Below are positions 29,620-38,097 of a stretch of DNA of 64,000 nucleotides, piece by piece. Made by a program: the position numbers and the translations under genes. The notes beneath the pieces were generated by a model. That model did no database searches. It worked only from the letters and a program-made list of their open reading frames with translations, and was not told the DNA's origin. The first letter of the stretch is position 1. Each line of letters begins with the position of its first letter. The DNA comes from an uncultured Muribaculaceae bacterium (GTDB lineage: Bacteria; Pseudomonadota; Alphaproteobacteria; Rs-D84), in contig CAZUED010000002.1 of the NCBI GenBank assembly GCA_964619545.1, forward strand, positions 1,253 through 65,252, written 5' to 3'.

Positions 29620-29693
29620 TGGTTGGCGCGCACAGATTCGAACTGCGATAAAGAGAACCAAAATCTCTTGTCCTACCATTAGACGACGCGCCA
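29620..29693 (-). tRNA. tRNA-Gln (anticodon UUG)
   Basis: Reverse complement TGGCGCGTCGTCTAATGGTAGGACAAGAGATTTTGGTTCTCTTTATCGCAGTTCGAATCTGTGCGCGCCAACCA. U1-A72 pair typical of Gln. Anticodon loop TTTTGGT. Confidence 0.85.
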
Positions 29694-29753
29694 TCAAAGA
29701 TTCACGATTATAAACGACTGCAAAACGAAATCAACAGAAAATTAGGTTTTCTG

Positions 29754-30482
29754 TTATTGTCCAGACCATTTGTTGTTCGTCACAATCAGTCGGGTGTCCA
29801 TTGAAACCCTGCCGCCGGCTTCGCTTACCAGTAACTCGCCCGCACATATTTGGGCATAATCAAGCGGCTGTGAAACAAATCCATCGAATTTTCCAGCAGC
29901 TACCCATGCCATATCAATTGCCGGACATCCAGTTACACGAATTTGCGCAGCAGTTTGGTTGTCATCAATCAAGTCCGCGGAACCAAAAGCAATTGTTAAA
30001 TCCGCAGGCTGGCTGAGGTTAGAAACCTTTATACGCGCAGAGTGAAATGCGGAAAATGCAAATGCACCAGCGCCACTTTCTGCATAATATAATCTTTCGT
30101 CAATCGGGCTGTATACCAGTGCGATTTTGGTTTCGTCATTTGAACGCAAGGCCAATGAAATTGCAAAGTTAGGATTGCTACGAATAAAGTTTTCTGCGCC
30201 GGACAATGCCATAACGAATTCATCACGACCATCGCCATCGCGCGAATAGTTCGGGGTCAGTATGCCAGCCGCTGGTCGTACCAAGGTAAGGTCTTGCAAA
30301 ATAGATTCTTCAATCCGTTGGGCCGCTTTTTTTACAAAATCGCGCGCACCCGAAAGAGATTGCTGTAAGTTTTCAATTTCACCAAAGTCATGACGCAACC
30401 CGGCCGCAGTACGTGCAAGGGCCGCAAACATTTTATTCAGCTCGGACGAGCCTTTTATCAAATGCTCGGTTTGTTCTTTCAT
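29754..30482 (-). CDS. Inositol monophosphatase family protein (SuhB/CysQ-like)
   Basis: IMPase fold motifs (NFIRSNPNFAISLAL; WVAAGKFDGF). The canonical DPIDGT metal-binding motif is not conserved. Start overlaps the rpmE stop. Confidence 0.7.
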   Translation of the reverse strand: MKEQTEHLIKGSSELNKMFAALARTAAGLRHDFGEIENLQQSLSGARDFVKKAAQRIEESILQDLTLVRPAAGILTPNYSRDGDGRDEFVMALSGAENFIRSNPNFAISLALRSNDETKIALVYSPIDERLYYAESGAGAFAFSAFHSARIKVSNLSQPADLTIAFGSADLIDDNQTAAQIRVTGCPAIDMAWVAAGKFDGFVSQPLDYAQICAGELLVSEAGGRVSMDTRLIVTNNKWSGQ

Positions 30483-30691
30483 TAAAACTTGAATCCGTCA
30501 AATTTTTTCTTGAAGTCGGCGGCGCGTTGTCCCTTGTCTGCGGCGGCGCGTTGTCCTGTCCAAGCAGAGTGATTCAGGTTATCAACAGACAAAACAAGAT
30601 CCTTGTTTACTGACGAATACATTTTGATTGTTTTTCCATCAGTCCGGGTGACTTTGATTTCGTGGTATTCCGGATGAGTATTTTTTTTCAT
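30482..30691 (-). CDS. rpmE: 50S ribosomal protein L31 (Cys-free alphaproteobacterial type)
   Basis: MKKNTHPEYHEIKVTRTDGKTIKMYSS...HSAWTGQ. No CxxC, as in other alphaproteobacterial L31. Confidence 0.85.
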   Translation of the reverse strand: MKKNTHPEYHEIKVTRTDGKTIKMYSSVNKDLVLSVDNLNHSAWTGQRAAADKGQRAADFKKKFDGFKF

Positions 30692-30764
30692 AGTTAAACC
30701 CTTTTTAGCCCGTGGATTATACAGGGAAAATTTGTAAAATCAAGAGAAAGTATATAATTATAAA

Positions 30765-30797
30765 CCCAAAAAAAAGCGCCCAAGGCGCGATTTTTTA
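30765..30797 (-). terminator. Rho-independent terminator downstream of the 174-aa gene
   Basis: GCGCC-CAA-GGCGC hairpin flanked by A8 and T6. On the minus transcript it is followed by a U-run. Confidence 0.65.
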
Positions 30798-31319
30798 ATA
30801 ACCCCCAACACAGCCCAGATAAAAATTACCCGAGCATTCTATAAAATTTTGGAATTTTGTTTGGTTTTTTCCAGTAAACAAGGCCAAAATAGTACCCGAT
30901 TCTGTCGCCAACATATCCGATACACTGACCCCAAAGCTGGTTGCTTTCTTGAAAAAGCCAGGCGTTGGAAAGATTTCCGCTGCAAAAAGTTTGTTCTGTT
31001 CCTTTGATTGAAGACGTTGTTCCTTTGCAATCACCATTAAAGTACAATCTTTGGATAATGAAATTTTCTCGCATATTTTTGCCTGACCACCCAATAGTTC
31101 CCCCCACCAACCAGATGTTCCAGAAAATACGGGATAATAAAGAAACTCATCAGGTGAATTCTTGAAAAAATCGGCCATTTCAAATTCCCCAGATACAACA
31201 CGGGGCATTTCACCATGTCGATCAGAAATTATTCGGCGCGCAGACTGGTATGCGTCCGAATCGCGAGCCCTTGACTTGGGCCAGAATAGTGACGGGGAAC
31301 TTAAAGTTTGATAACTCAT
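30795..31319 (-). CDS. Hypothetical soluble protein (174 aa) downstream of membrane paralog P1
   Basis: Clean ORF with no signal peptide, no TM and no recognisable motif. Co-directional with P1 and followed by its own terminator. Confidence 0.45.
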   Translation of the reverse strand: MSYQTLSSPSLFWPKSRARDSDAYQSARRIISDRHGEMPRVVSGEFEMADFFKNSPDEFLYYPVFSGTSGWWGELLGGQAKICEKISLSKDCTLMVIAKEQRLQSKEQNKLFAAEIFPTPGFFKKATSFGVSVSDMLATESGTILALFTGKNQTKFQNFIECSGNFYLGCVGGY

Positions 31320-31427
31320 TGCCCGAATTATAACAGATTCGGATACAGGATTAAAGTCGGTGACAAAAAATAAATTACTTGACTTTTAACCTGATAACAA
31401 GGGATACGGAATTGTCCGGGAATTTTT

Positions 31428-32795
31428 TTACTTTTTTATTTCCTGCCACCACTTTTTCATATTGTCAGTGATTTTTTTCAGGTTATCTTTAGTATCTTTA
31501 TAAAGCTGGTCTGGTATTTTTACATTACCAAATAATGCCCCGGCCAATGCCGGTATGGCGTTCATAAACATCGCCAAAAACAGACCCAGCATAACAATAG
31601 TTATCAGACTTCCATTATTCATCATCAGTCCATCTATTAAAATATGTGAATCATTTTGCGCCAGTGCTGTCTGCAGGGCGCTGGCGCCTTGCCATTTACT
31701 AAACGCTGCGTTCAAGAATAATACCGAAAATGCAGTAAAAATCCCGACCATTGCAATGCCCAAAGTATTTTGGATTACTTGGTCTATAATTATCTGGATG
31801 TTTTTTTTGCCATCGGGCAAAATCATCCAAGGCTTTCCACTGACTGGATCTTGGAATAACCATGCCAGCAGCATCAACGGCAGCATAACCAGATTCATTC
31901 CCAGTTGGATAAATGTTTCCAGAAAGTAAAGCGGAACAGGCAGCAAAGCAAAGAAAAATAAAACTATAATTAAAAGCCCTGCCAAAAACATTGCTACATT
32001 AGGGAAAATTGGAATGCCGAAAATCAGCTTGTGCATATGTTGATCATTGAAAGACATATTCATAATTGTCCAGCCAGCAGTCATACCCAGGCCGGTCATC
32101 TGATGAATCTGACCAACCTGGCATGCCAGATTATGGCGCAACTTTGGTGAAAAAGCCCCATCAGTTGCGGCGCTTTTATCCGCGCTGGTCGGGTCCATAA
32201 CGGCAGTTGCGACCAGGCAGGATTCAAAAGAATACTCGTTGTCGGTACCTGCTGCGAACTTTCCATCCACCGCATGCGAAAGCGATAATCCTACATTAAA
32301 AATAGGCTCTATCGCGACATTAGTGATAAAGCGCGGAACTGGCATAGCCAGCAGTAATACAACAAAAGTCAGTTTTACCAGGTGTGTGCCCAACTTTCCT
32401 GAAAATCCCCATGCGTCTGGGCTTTTTGGTGTGCCCTCGATTCCCAGGTATCCTTTCAGGACTTCCCATCCAAAATATACAGCGGTCAGTCCAAATGCCA
32501 AAGGAATGCAGACAGCACCGATTGCAGAATAAATGCGTGGCAGAATGTTTGATATAACCAACATAATGTCGCCCATCATGCCACAAGACCAGCAGCTGGA
32601 AAAAAAGGAAAGCGCATCCGCCATATTTACCGGCGCCATAGAGCGATAGATAGAAAAGCCGGCTATTGCGACGCCGCCCCCAATGGCTCCGATGGCCAAT
32701 GGCGCAATTGCCCCAGCAGAAAGGGGCATGAAAGAAAGAAAGAGTATCCAAAATTTTTTAAGTCTGGTCACAACAGAATTATACCATAATTTCAT
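31428..32795 (-). CDS. Polytopic membrane protein, paralog 1 of a five-member family (VirB6/TrbL-like topology)
   Basis: About six TM helices, a large central hydrophilic loop after TM2 containing MPVPRFITNVAIEP, and a K-rich C-terminal tail. The N-terminal CWSCG motif aligns with the CWSCP of paralog 3. The ORF is open up to a TTG at 32819. The first ATG is 32795. Paralog alignment suggests the mature N-terminus may begin near MADALSFFSSCWSC (about 32624). Confidence 0.6.
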   Translation of the reverse strand: MKLWYNSVVTRLKKFWILFLSFMPLSAGAIAPLAIGAIGGGVAIAGFSIYRSMAPVNMADALSFFSSCWSCGMMGDIMLVISNILPRIYSAIGAVCIPLAFGLTAVYFGWEVLKGYLGIEGTPKSPDAWGFSGKLGTHLVKLTFVVLLLAMPVPRFITNVAIEPIFNVGLSLSHAVDGKFAAGTDNEYSFESCLVATAVMDPTSADKSAATDGAFSPKLRHNLACQVGQIHQMTGLGMTAGWTIMNMSFNDQHMHKLIFGIPIFPNVAMFLAGLLIIVLFFFALLPVPLYFLETFIQLGMNLVMLPLMLLAWLFQDPVSGKPWMILPDGKKNIQIIIDQVIQNTLGIAMVGIFTAFSVLFLNAAFSKWQGASALQTALAQNDSHILIDGLMMNNGSLITIVMLGLFLAMFMNAIPALAGALFGNVKIPDQLYKDTKDNLKKITDNMKKWWQEIKK

Positions 32796-32822
32796 CTGGC
32801 TTTTTATGCTATAATCCAAAGA

Positions 32823-34094
32823 ATGAAAAAAGCTCTTGTATTTTTTCTGGTAACGGCTTTCTGTTCGTTGGTATCGGTCCAGGCCAATGCGGCCTGGAGT
32901 ATTGTGGATTCGTTGGACATTTCGCCTTTTGTTCCAATTGTTTTGGACGCAATGATGTCGGTCGCTATGGCAGGTTATGAATTTTTTGTGGGTAAAGGTG
33001 ATGGAATTATTTACTTGTTTGTTTGGGGTTGGTTGGGTTGGTTTATCGCTTTATACCTTGTAAAAATGTATTTTCCACAAAATTGGTTGGACTTTTTCGG
33101 GATGAAGGGTGGACAGATGTGGAACAAACCATCTGCACTGAAGATTTCTGAAGATGTATTAAAGCCTTGCATTCGTGGCGTAATTGCAGCAGCGTTGTTG
33201 CTTCCCATAAAGCCGCAATACATTACAGGAATTATAGTTGATCCTTTCTTGCAATTTGGTGCGCTTTATACGCAAAGCATTTCTGACAATGTAAATCAGA
33301 TGAATTTAAGCGCTCCTGTGCAGAAAGAAAAAGTCATGTGTCCACCGGAAATTATTGATAAAGGATATATCTCGGCCGCCAGCTGCCAGTTCTTGGTTCA
33401 GCCTGTCGCAGAAATAACGCATGCAAACAATCAGGTTATAAAACGCGGGTTGGGTTTTGTTACCGCTGGATTGGCTGGCCTGATGACTTTGATTCCGCAC
33501 GGCGGTGGGGACATTATGAATTTGGTAACAGGTATTTTCTTGGTATTTGCATTTGTCGCCAGCAATTTCTTTATGGCCCTGTTGATAATTCAAGGAATTT
33601 TTGAATTTGGTATGGCGCTGATAATGTATCCGTTCAAGGTTTTAATGTTTGTTGCAAAAAATTCCAAAGATTGGGTAAATCCATGGCCCGCATTCGAAGG
33701 AATTATAAAAAGCCTGAAAAAACTAGTAATAACAATGATTGCTTGCGCGTTTGTTTTGGCGATAAATTTGGCAGCGATAAAGGCTTTGTTTAACTTTAAT
33801 CAATCAGCATTTGTTGTGGCTGCTGGTGGCAGTGCGTCCAGCAATGTTCCGGTTGTGGCGGCTGGCATCAATGGATTTGGGCAACACTCTATAATATGGC
33901 TGTCTGCAATGCTGACATTCTTTTTAATGTTCAAGATTTTCGAGCTGACCAAAAAGCAGTTATTGGATTATACAGGATCTGGTTCGGACGCTTTGTATAA
34001 AAAAGCAACCGGTGACGCCAAAAACGTATGGAGCAAAACAAACGAGTGGGGCCGCGGCGCGGCCAAGGTATTTGGCTGGATTAAGAAAAAATGA
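32823..34094 (+). CDS. Polytopic membrane protein, paralog 2 (signal peptide; VirB6/TrbL-like topology)
   Basis: Signal peptide MKKALVFFLVTAFCSLVSVQANA. TM pair, then the loop LPIKPQYITGIIVDPFLQFGALYTQSI, then 3-4 TM helices, then a K-rich tail (...GWIKKK). Shares the NSKDW...P.F motif with paralog 3. Confidence 0.65.
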   Translation: MKKALVFFLVTAFCSLVSVQANAAWSIVDSLDISPFVPIVLDAMMSVAMAGYEFFVGKGDGIIYLFVWGWLGWFIALYLVKMYFPQNWLDFFGMKGGQMWNKPSALKISEDVLKPCIRGVIAAALLLPIKPQYITGIIVDPFLQFGALYTQSISDNVNQMNLSAPVQKEKVMCPPEIIDKGYISAASCQFLVQPVAEITHANNQVIKRGLGFVTAGLAGLMTLIPHGGGDIMNLVTGIFLVFAFVASNFFMALLIIQGIFEFGMALIMYPFKVLMFVAKNSKDWVNPWPAFEGIIKSLKKLVITMIACAFVLAINLAAIKALFNFNQSAFVVAAGGSASSNVPVVAAGINGFGQHSIIWLSAMLTFFLMFKIFELTKKQLLDYTGSGSDALYKKATGDAKNVWSKTNEWGRGAAKVFGWIKKK

Positions 34095-35305
34095 ACGGAA
34101 TGATTGATTCTTTTGTTTCAAATTCAGTGCAGTGTTGGAGCTGCCCTGTCTTTGATCGCCTGTTCCAAATAATTTCTGCCGCGACATCTGCGGTTTATGG
34201 CAAGTTGTCTGTTCTGGCGGCTGTTTTGCTTTGTGTTTTTGTTGCGTTCTATGTTTTGTATTCGGTTATAACAAATCTGCGTGATGTAAAAAACATTGAT
34301 CCGACTTATCAGACTTACTTGAAGCCGGTAATGATAAACTCGCTGTTTGTAATCGCTATTTTGGGATTGGGGGTTATGGTGCCGCGGTTTATCACCCGGG
34401 TCAGTTTTGAGCCGGTTGCAGATATGACGCTTATCTATACCCAATCCATGCTGAATACAAACATGTCAGATGTAGCGCAAAAGGTTCAATACAATCCTGA
34501 AAAAATGCCTGATGACGGATTTTATCGTCCAGAGCTTCGCGATAAAATAATTCAGCTGATGAAAACCAGTATCACCCAATTCCAGTCAATGGTAAGGCTG
34601 GGGATGACTATTATGGATAATGCGTTTTCTTGGGATGTGTTGCTGGGGGTGGGTGCGCTGGTAAAACACATAATACTATTTTTTATGGGGCTTTATATTG
34701 CATGGGCCTTTTTCAAGCTGTTTATAAAATTCTGTTTTTATTTTGTTGATGTTGTAATAGACATGACTTTCTTTGCATTTTTCTTCCCATTTATGTTGGT
34801 CTTTTGGGTTTTCAGAAATTCTAAAAGTGCGGATTGGATAAAAAGTATGGGTGATAAAATAACACCAGCATTTTTCCAAAACTTAATAAACTCTATCGTG
34901 TCATTGGCGACGGTTGTTATAACCTATGTTGTGATAATAACCATAATGGCAAAGTTCCTGACGGGCTTTGGCAGCGGCAGCGCCGAAATGACGCGTCAAA
35001 TTATGGACGGCAGCATATTTGCAGGCGACCTGTCTGATGATAATCTGGCAATGATTACTTTGGGTGGCACATTGGTATTGGTCTATGTGGTTCAGTATCT
35101 GGCAGACAATATAAAGAATGTATCCAGAGAAATAACAGAAACTTTTGGAGTCAAAGACAGACATGAAGCCGGTGATTCTTTGGGTGAAGATGTATTAAAA
35201 ATAGGCAAAAACACATTTGACTTTGCGAAAAGCACAGGCAAAATTATTATGGCCGCAGCGACAGGTAAAGAGGCCGATAAAAAAGAAGAGTCAAGCAGCA
35301 AGTAA
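34091..35305 (+). CDS. Polytopic membrane protein, paralog 3
   Basis: N-terminal CWSCPVFDRLF motif. TM1-TM2, then loop VPRFITRVSFEPVADMTLIYTQSM, then four TM helices. C-terminal tail ...GKEADKKEESSSK. ATGA overlap with paralog 2. Confidence 0.65.
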   Translation: MNGMIDSFVSNSVQCWSCPVFDRLFQIISAATSAVYGKLSVLAAVLLCVFVAFYVLYSVITNLRDVKNIDPTYQTYLKPVMINSLFVIAILGLGVMVPRFITRVSFEPVADMTLIYTQSMLNTNMSDVAQKVQYNPEKMPDDGFYRPELRDKIIQLMKTSITQFQSMVRLGMTIMDNAFSWDVLLGVGALVKHIILFFMGLYIAWAFFKLFIKFCFYFVDVVIDMTFFAFFFPFMLVFWVFRNSKSADWIKSMGDKITPAFFQNLINSIVSLATVVITYVVIITIMAKFLTGFGSGSAEMTRQIMDGSIFAGDLSDDNLAMITLGGTLVLVYVVQYLADNIKNVSREITETFGVKDRHEAGDSLGEDVLKIGKNTFDFAKSTGKIIMAAATGKEADKKEESSSK

Positions 35306-36765
35306 TGTTAAAAAACAAACTTATCTTGACAGCGGTAAAGGCGGCGATGTGGATTATCGCGATTGGCATTGGCATCTGGTATTTGTCGGCCAGTATCAAT
35401 GGCGATTCTATTACTTACGCCAGCATGAATAGTTTCTTGCAGACCACAGGTGCATGCAAGGGCGCTGTTTGCGACATCAGTGCAACGAATGGATGCTTTC
35501 TTTGCCCGTATGTAAATCAATTGTTTAATGTAATTGGTACTGCGACAAATGATTTTTGGGATGCACTGGTTGGCAACCTATGGGTATTGATTGCCCTGGG
35601 CTTTATAATTTTTCTGTTTGTTCATACCTGGAAAACAATGGCAAAGGCGAATAAAGAAAACATTGCCGTGGGCGCAGGGGAACGTAAATTTGATTTCAAG
35701 GAATGGTTTGACGGAGTATGGAAGCAAGCTGCACGGGTTTTGGCAGTCGGCGCATTTTTGGGCGCGATAAGTTTTGGTGGCACAGGAGTTCTGCGAGCAG
35801 TATCAGACATCACCATACGCCCTGTGATGTATGTCGGGGCAGAATTGGCAATGGCTGCAACTGGCGAAGTTGGCGCGGCCCATTGCCCAGCGCTGGAATC
35901 GATGAGCGAATCAAATGTGGTTGGTCCTGCGTTAAAACCTTTTATGTGCGTGGTTGGAAATGCCAGCAATGTTATTCTGGCGGGTGCATCTGGCGGATTT
36001 GCATTGATGAATTTTTCATGGATGGGAATGGGCGGCGGGCTTTTTACTTGGATGGCTGGATTGGGGCTGGTCATAATGTTTTTAGTTATCGGATTTGGTT
36101 TGTTCTTTGACATTCTGAATGTAGTTTTCAGATTGGTATTTATAATTATTTTCTTACCCATAATTATCGCCAGCTATGCGTATGAAAATGTTTGGGGAGT
36201 ATTAAAGGGGGCAATCGGCAAATCGGTCGAGATGTTGGTAAATTGCGCGGTCAGGGTTGCCGCAATTACACTGAAAGTTTTAATAATTTACGCGGTTGTT
36301 TCTGTTGCAGCGGACGAGTATTTCCCAGGGCCGACAGATGGGTACTCGGCAATACTTCCGCCAGGTTTTGCTGGAATGCAAACCGCGCAAAATTCTGAAA
36401 ACCAAGTCGTTGCCCAAGTGTTTGCGAATTGCGAAAAAGTGTCAGTTGTGAATGGCGCGATGGACAAGAATTTATTCAAGGCTTGTTTTGACCGCCAAAA
36501 AGCAACGGCTGAAATTATGCATCCGGGGGCATTTGATTTTATGGGCAATGGTTGGGAATTCTTTATGCTGATGCTGGGTATATTCTTGTTGTATTTCTAT
36601 GTAGTTCAGAAAAAGATAGATGAAGTTTTAGTGGTGGGTAAAGACGGCAAAGACCCCATATTCAACATTGGCAGCCAGTTCAAGGAATTTGGTAAAAAAG
36701 TATGGGACATCCCAGCCCAGCTGACCAAGAAGATAACGGACGCAACGGAAAAAAATAAGGAATAA
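35305..36765 (+). CDS. Polytopic membrane protein, paralog 4
   Basis: N-terminal anchor followed by a Cys cluster (CKGAVC...CFLCPYVNQLF), aligned with the CWSCP region of paralog 3. Loop RAVSDITIRPVMYVGAELAMAATG. Multiple TM helices. Tail ...KKITDATEKNKE. Start overlaps the stop of paralog 3. Confidence 0.65.
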   Translation: MLKNKLILTAVKAAMWIIAIGIGIWYLSASINGDSITYASMNSFLQTTGACKGAVCDISATNGCFLCPYVNQLFNVIGTATNDFWDALVGNLWVLIALGFIIFLFVHTWKTMAKANKENIAVGAGERKFDFKEWFDGVWKQAARVLAVGAFLGAISFGGTGVLRAVSDITIRPVMYVGAELAMAATGEVGAAHCPALESMSESNVVGPALKPFMCVVGNASNVILAGASGGFALMNFSWMGMGGGLFTWMAGLGLVIMFLVIGFGLFFDILNVVFRLVFIIIFLPIIIASYAYENVWGVLKGAIGKSVEMLVNCAVRVAAITLKVLIIYAVVSVAADEYFPGPTDGYSAILPPGFAGMQTAQNSENQVVAQVFANCEKVSVVNGAMDKNLFKACFDRQKATAEIMHPGAFDFMGNGWEFFMLMLGIFLLYFYVVQKKIDEVLVVGKDGKDPIFNIGSQFKEFGKKVWDIPAQLTKKITDATEKNKE

Positions 36766-38069
36766 TGGCTTCGCTTCGTTTACATCTTAAAAAAATAATT
36801 GCACCAAGTATGGTGGCGGTCATATTTGCTTTTTGCACCTTGTTTTTTACAGGTTCATCTTATGCCGAAGCGAATGTTCCAACCACCAGCGACATTGGAA
36901 ATTATGGAGTTTGGGCGACCGAGCACAATCGGCAGCTTTTAATAAACAATCTTTCTACGGACATAAGTTCTTTCCAAGGCAATACCCAAAAGGCGATTGT
37001 TGGCGACTATGTTCCAGTAGAGGCGCGCGTGGGCAAAGCACTTATCGGCGCACTGGATCGGGTAGGCCAGGCATTGCAGCGCAGTCTTTTTGACTTTGTC
37101 CGAGTTCTGTTGGTTGCATTGTTTGCTTTTTGGTTGGCGTTCGAAGCATATAATTTAATTCAGTCAAAGGGTGATTCTAAAAAGCTGGCGCTGGACATTG
37201 CAAAAAAAACTATGCTGATTTCAATTTGGATTTGGGTGTTGGGAAATAATCCTGGTCAAATTTTTATGACAATTTTTGGACCGATCATTTCAGTTGGCAG
37301 CTATGCATCAGATTTAATACTGAATTCTATTACCAATGCTGCTGGGACCAGTTTACCAGATACTTGCAATGCTATACGAGGCTTCATAGGCTCGACCGAT
37401 AATAACTATACTGCTGATTTGTTGTGCATGCCGACCAGATTGTCCGGATTCTTTTATACCTGTGTGGCGGCAGGATTCAAATGGATGGCGGCGGGAATTG
37501 GTGAAAGCGCGCTTACCTTTGTTGCCGGCGCGGTCTTTGTTGTGATTTTCTCGATAAATATATGGAAGTTCGCATTACTGGCATTGGGTGTAATAACTGA
37601 TTTGTTCTTGGCGATTTTGCTTCTGCCATTTACGGCTATCCAAGAATGCTTTGGCAAAGGGACAAATCTGAAAGGTGTCGCTGGAAATATATTCAAGGCT
37701 TTTGCAGGAATTTTCAAGTCCGCCAGTTTAAGTGAGCAAATTATGCGTTTTATTAAGGCAGTGATATATTTTGTTGCCTTGGCATTGATGGCGGCAATTG
37801 GTGCAGCTTTGCTGGGCGGGGTAGTCAGCACTGATTTAGCGTCTGCGACGCCATCGGTACAAAGCGATAGTTTTATGTCGGTTTTGATAGTCGGGTGTCT
37901 GGTTGCGTATATGGTATCAAAATCATCAAAGTGGGCAGAAAATTTTGGTGGCAAAATAGATGATTCGTTCGGCAAGCAGGTTCAGGGCGATATGAAAAAG
38001 CTATGGGACAATACAAAAAAGCAGGTTTCAGACTGGCGGAAAATTTATCAGGAACAAAAGAAAAAATAG
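36765..38069 (+). CDS. Polytopic membrane protein, paralog 5 (signal peptide)
   Basis: Signal peptide, then a 100-aa periplasmic N-terminal region, then TM helices. Tail ...KKQVSDWRKIYQEQKKK. Start overlaps the stop of paralog 4. Confidence 0.6.
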   Translation: MASLRLHLKKIIAPSMVAVIFAFCTLFFTGSSYAEANVPTTSDIGNYGVWATEHNRQLLINNLSTDISSFQGNTQKAIVGDYVPVEARVGKALIGALDRVGQALQRSLFDFVRVLLVALFAFWLAFEAYNLIQSKGDSKKLALDIAKKTMLISIWIWVLGNNPGQIFMTIFGPIISVGSYASDLILNSITNAAGTSLPDTCNAIRGFIGSTDNNYTADLLCMPTRLSGFFYTCVAAGFKWMAAGIGESALTFVAGAVFVVIFSINIWKFALLALGVITDLFLAILLLPFTAIQECFGKGTNLKGVAGNIFKAFAGIFKSASLSEQIMRFIKAVIYFVALALMAAIGAALLGGVVSTDLASATPSVQSDSFMSVLIVGCLVAYMVSKSSKWAENFGGKIDDSFGKQVQGDMKKLWDNTKKQVSDWRKIYQEQKKK

Positions 38070-38097
38070 GGTATAATTAGAAAAAAAAGGAAAGAAG

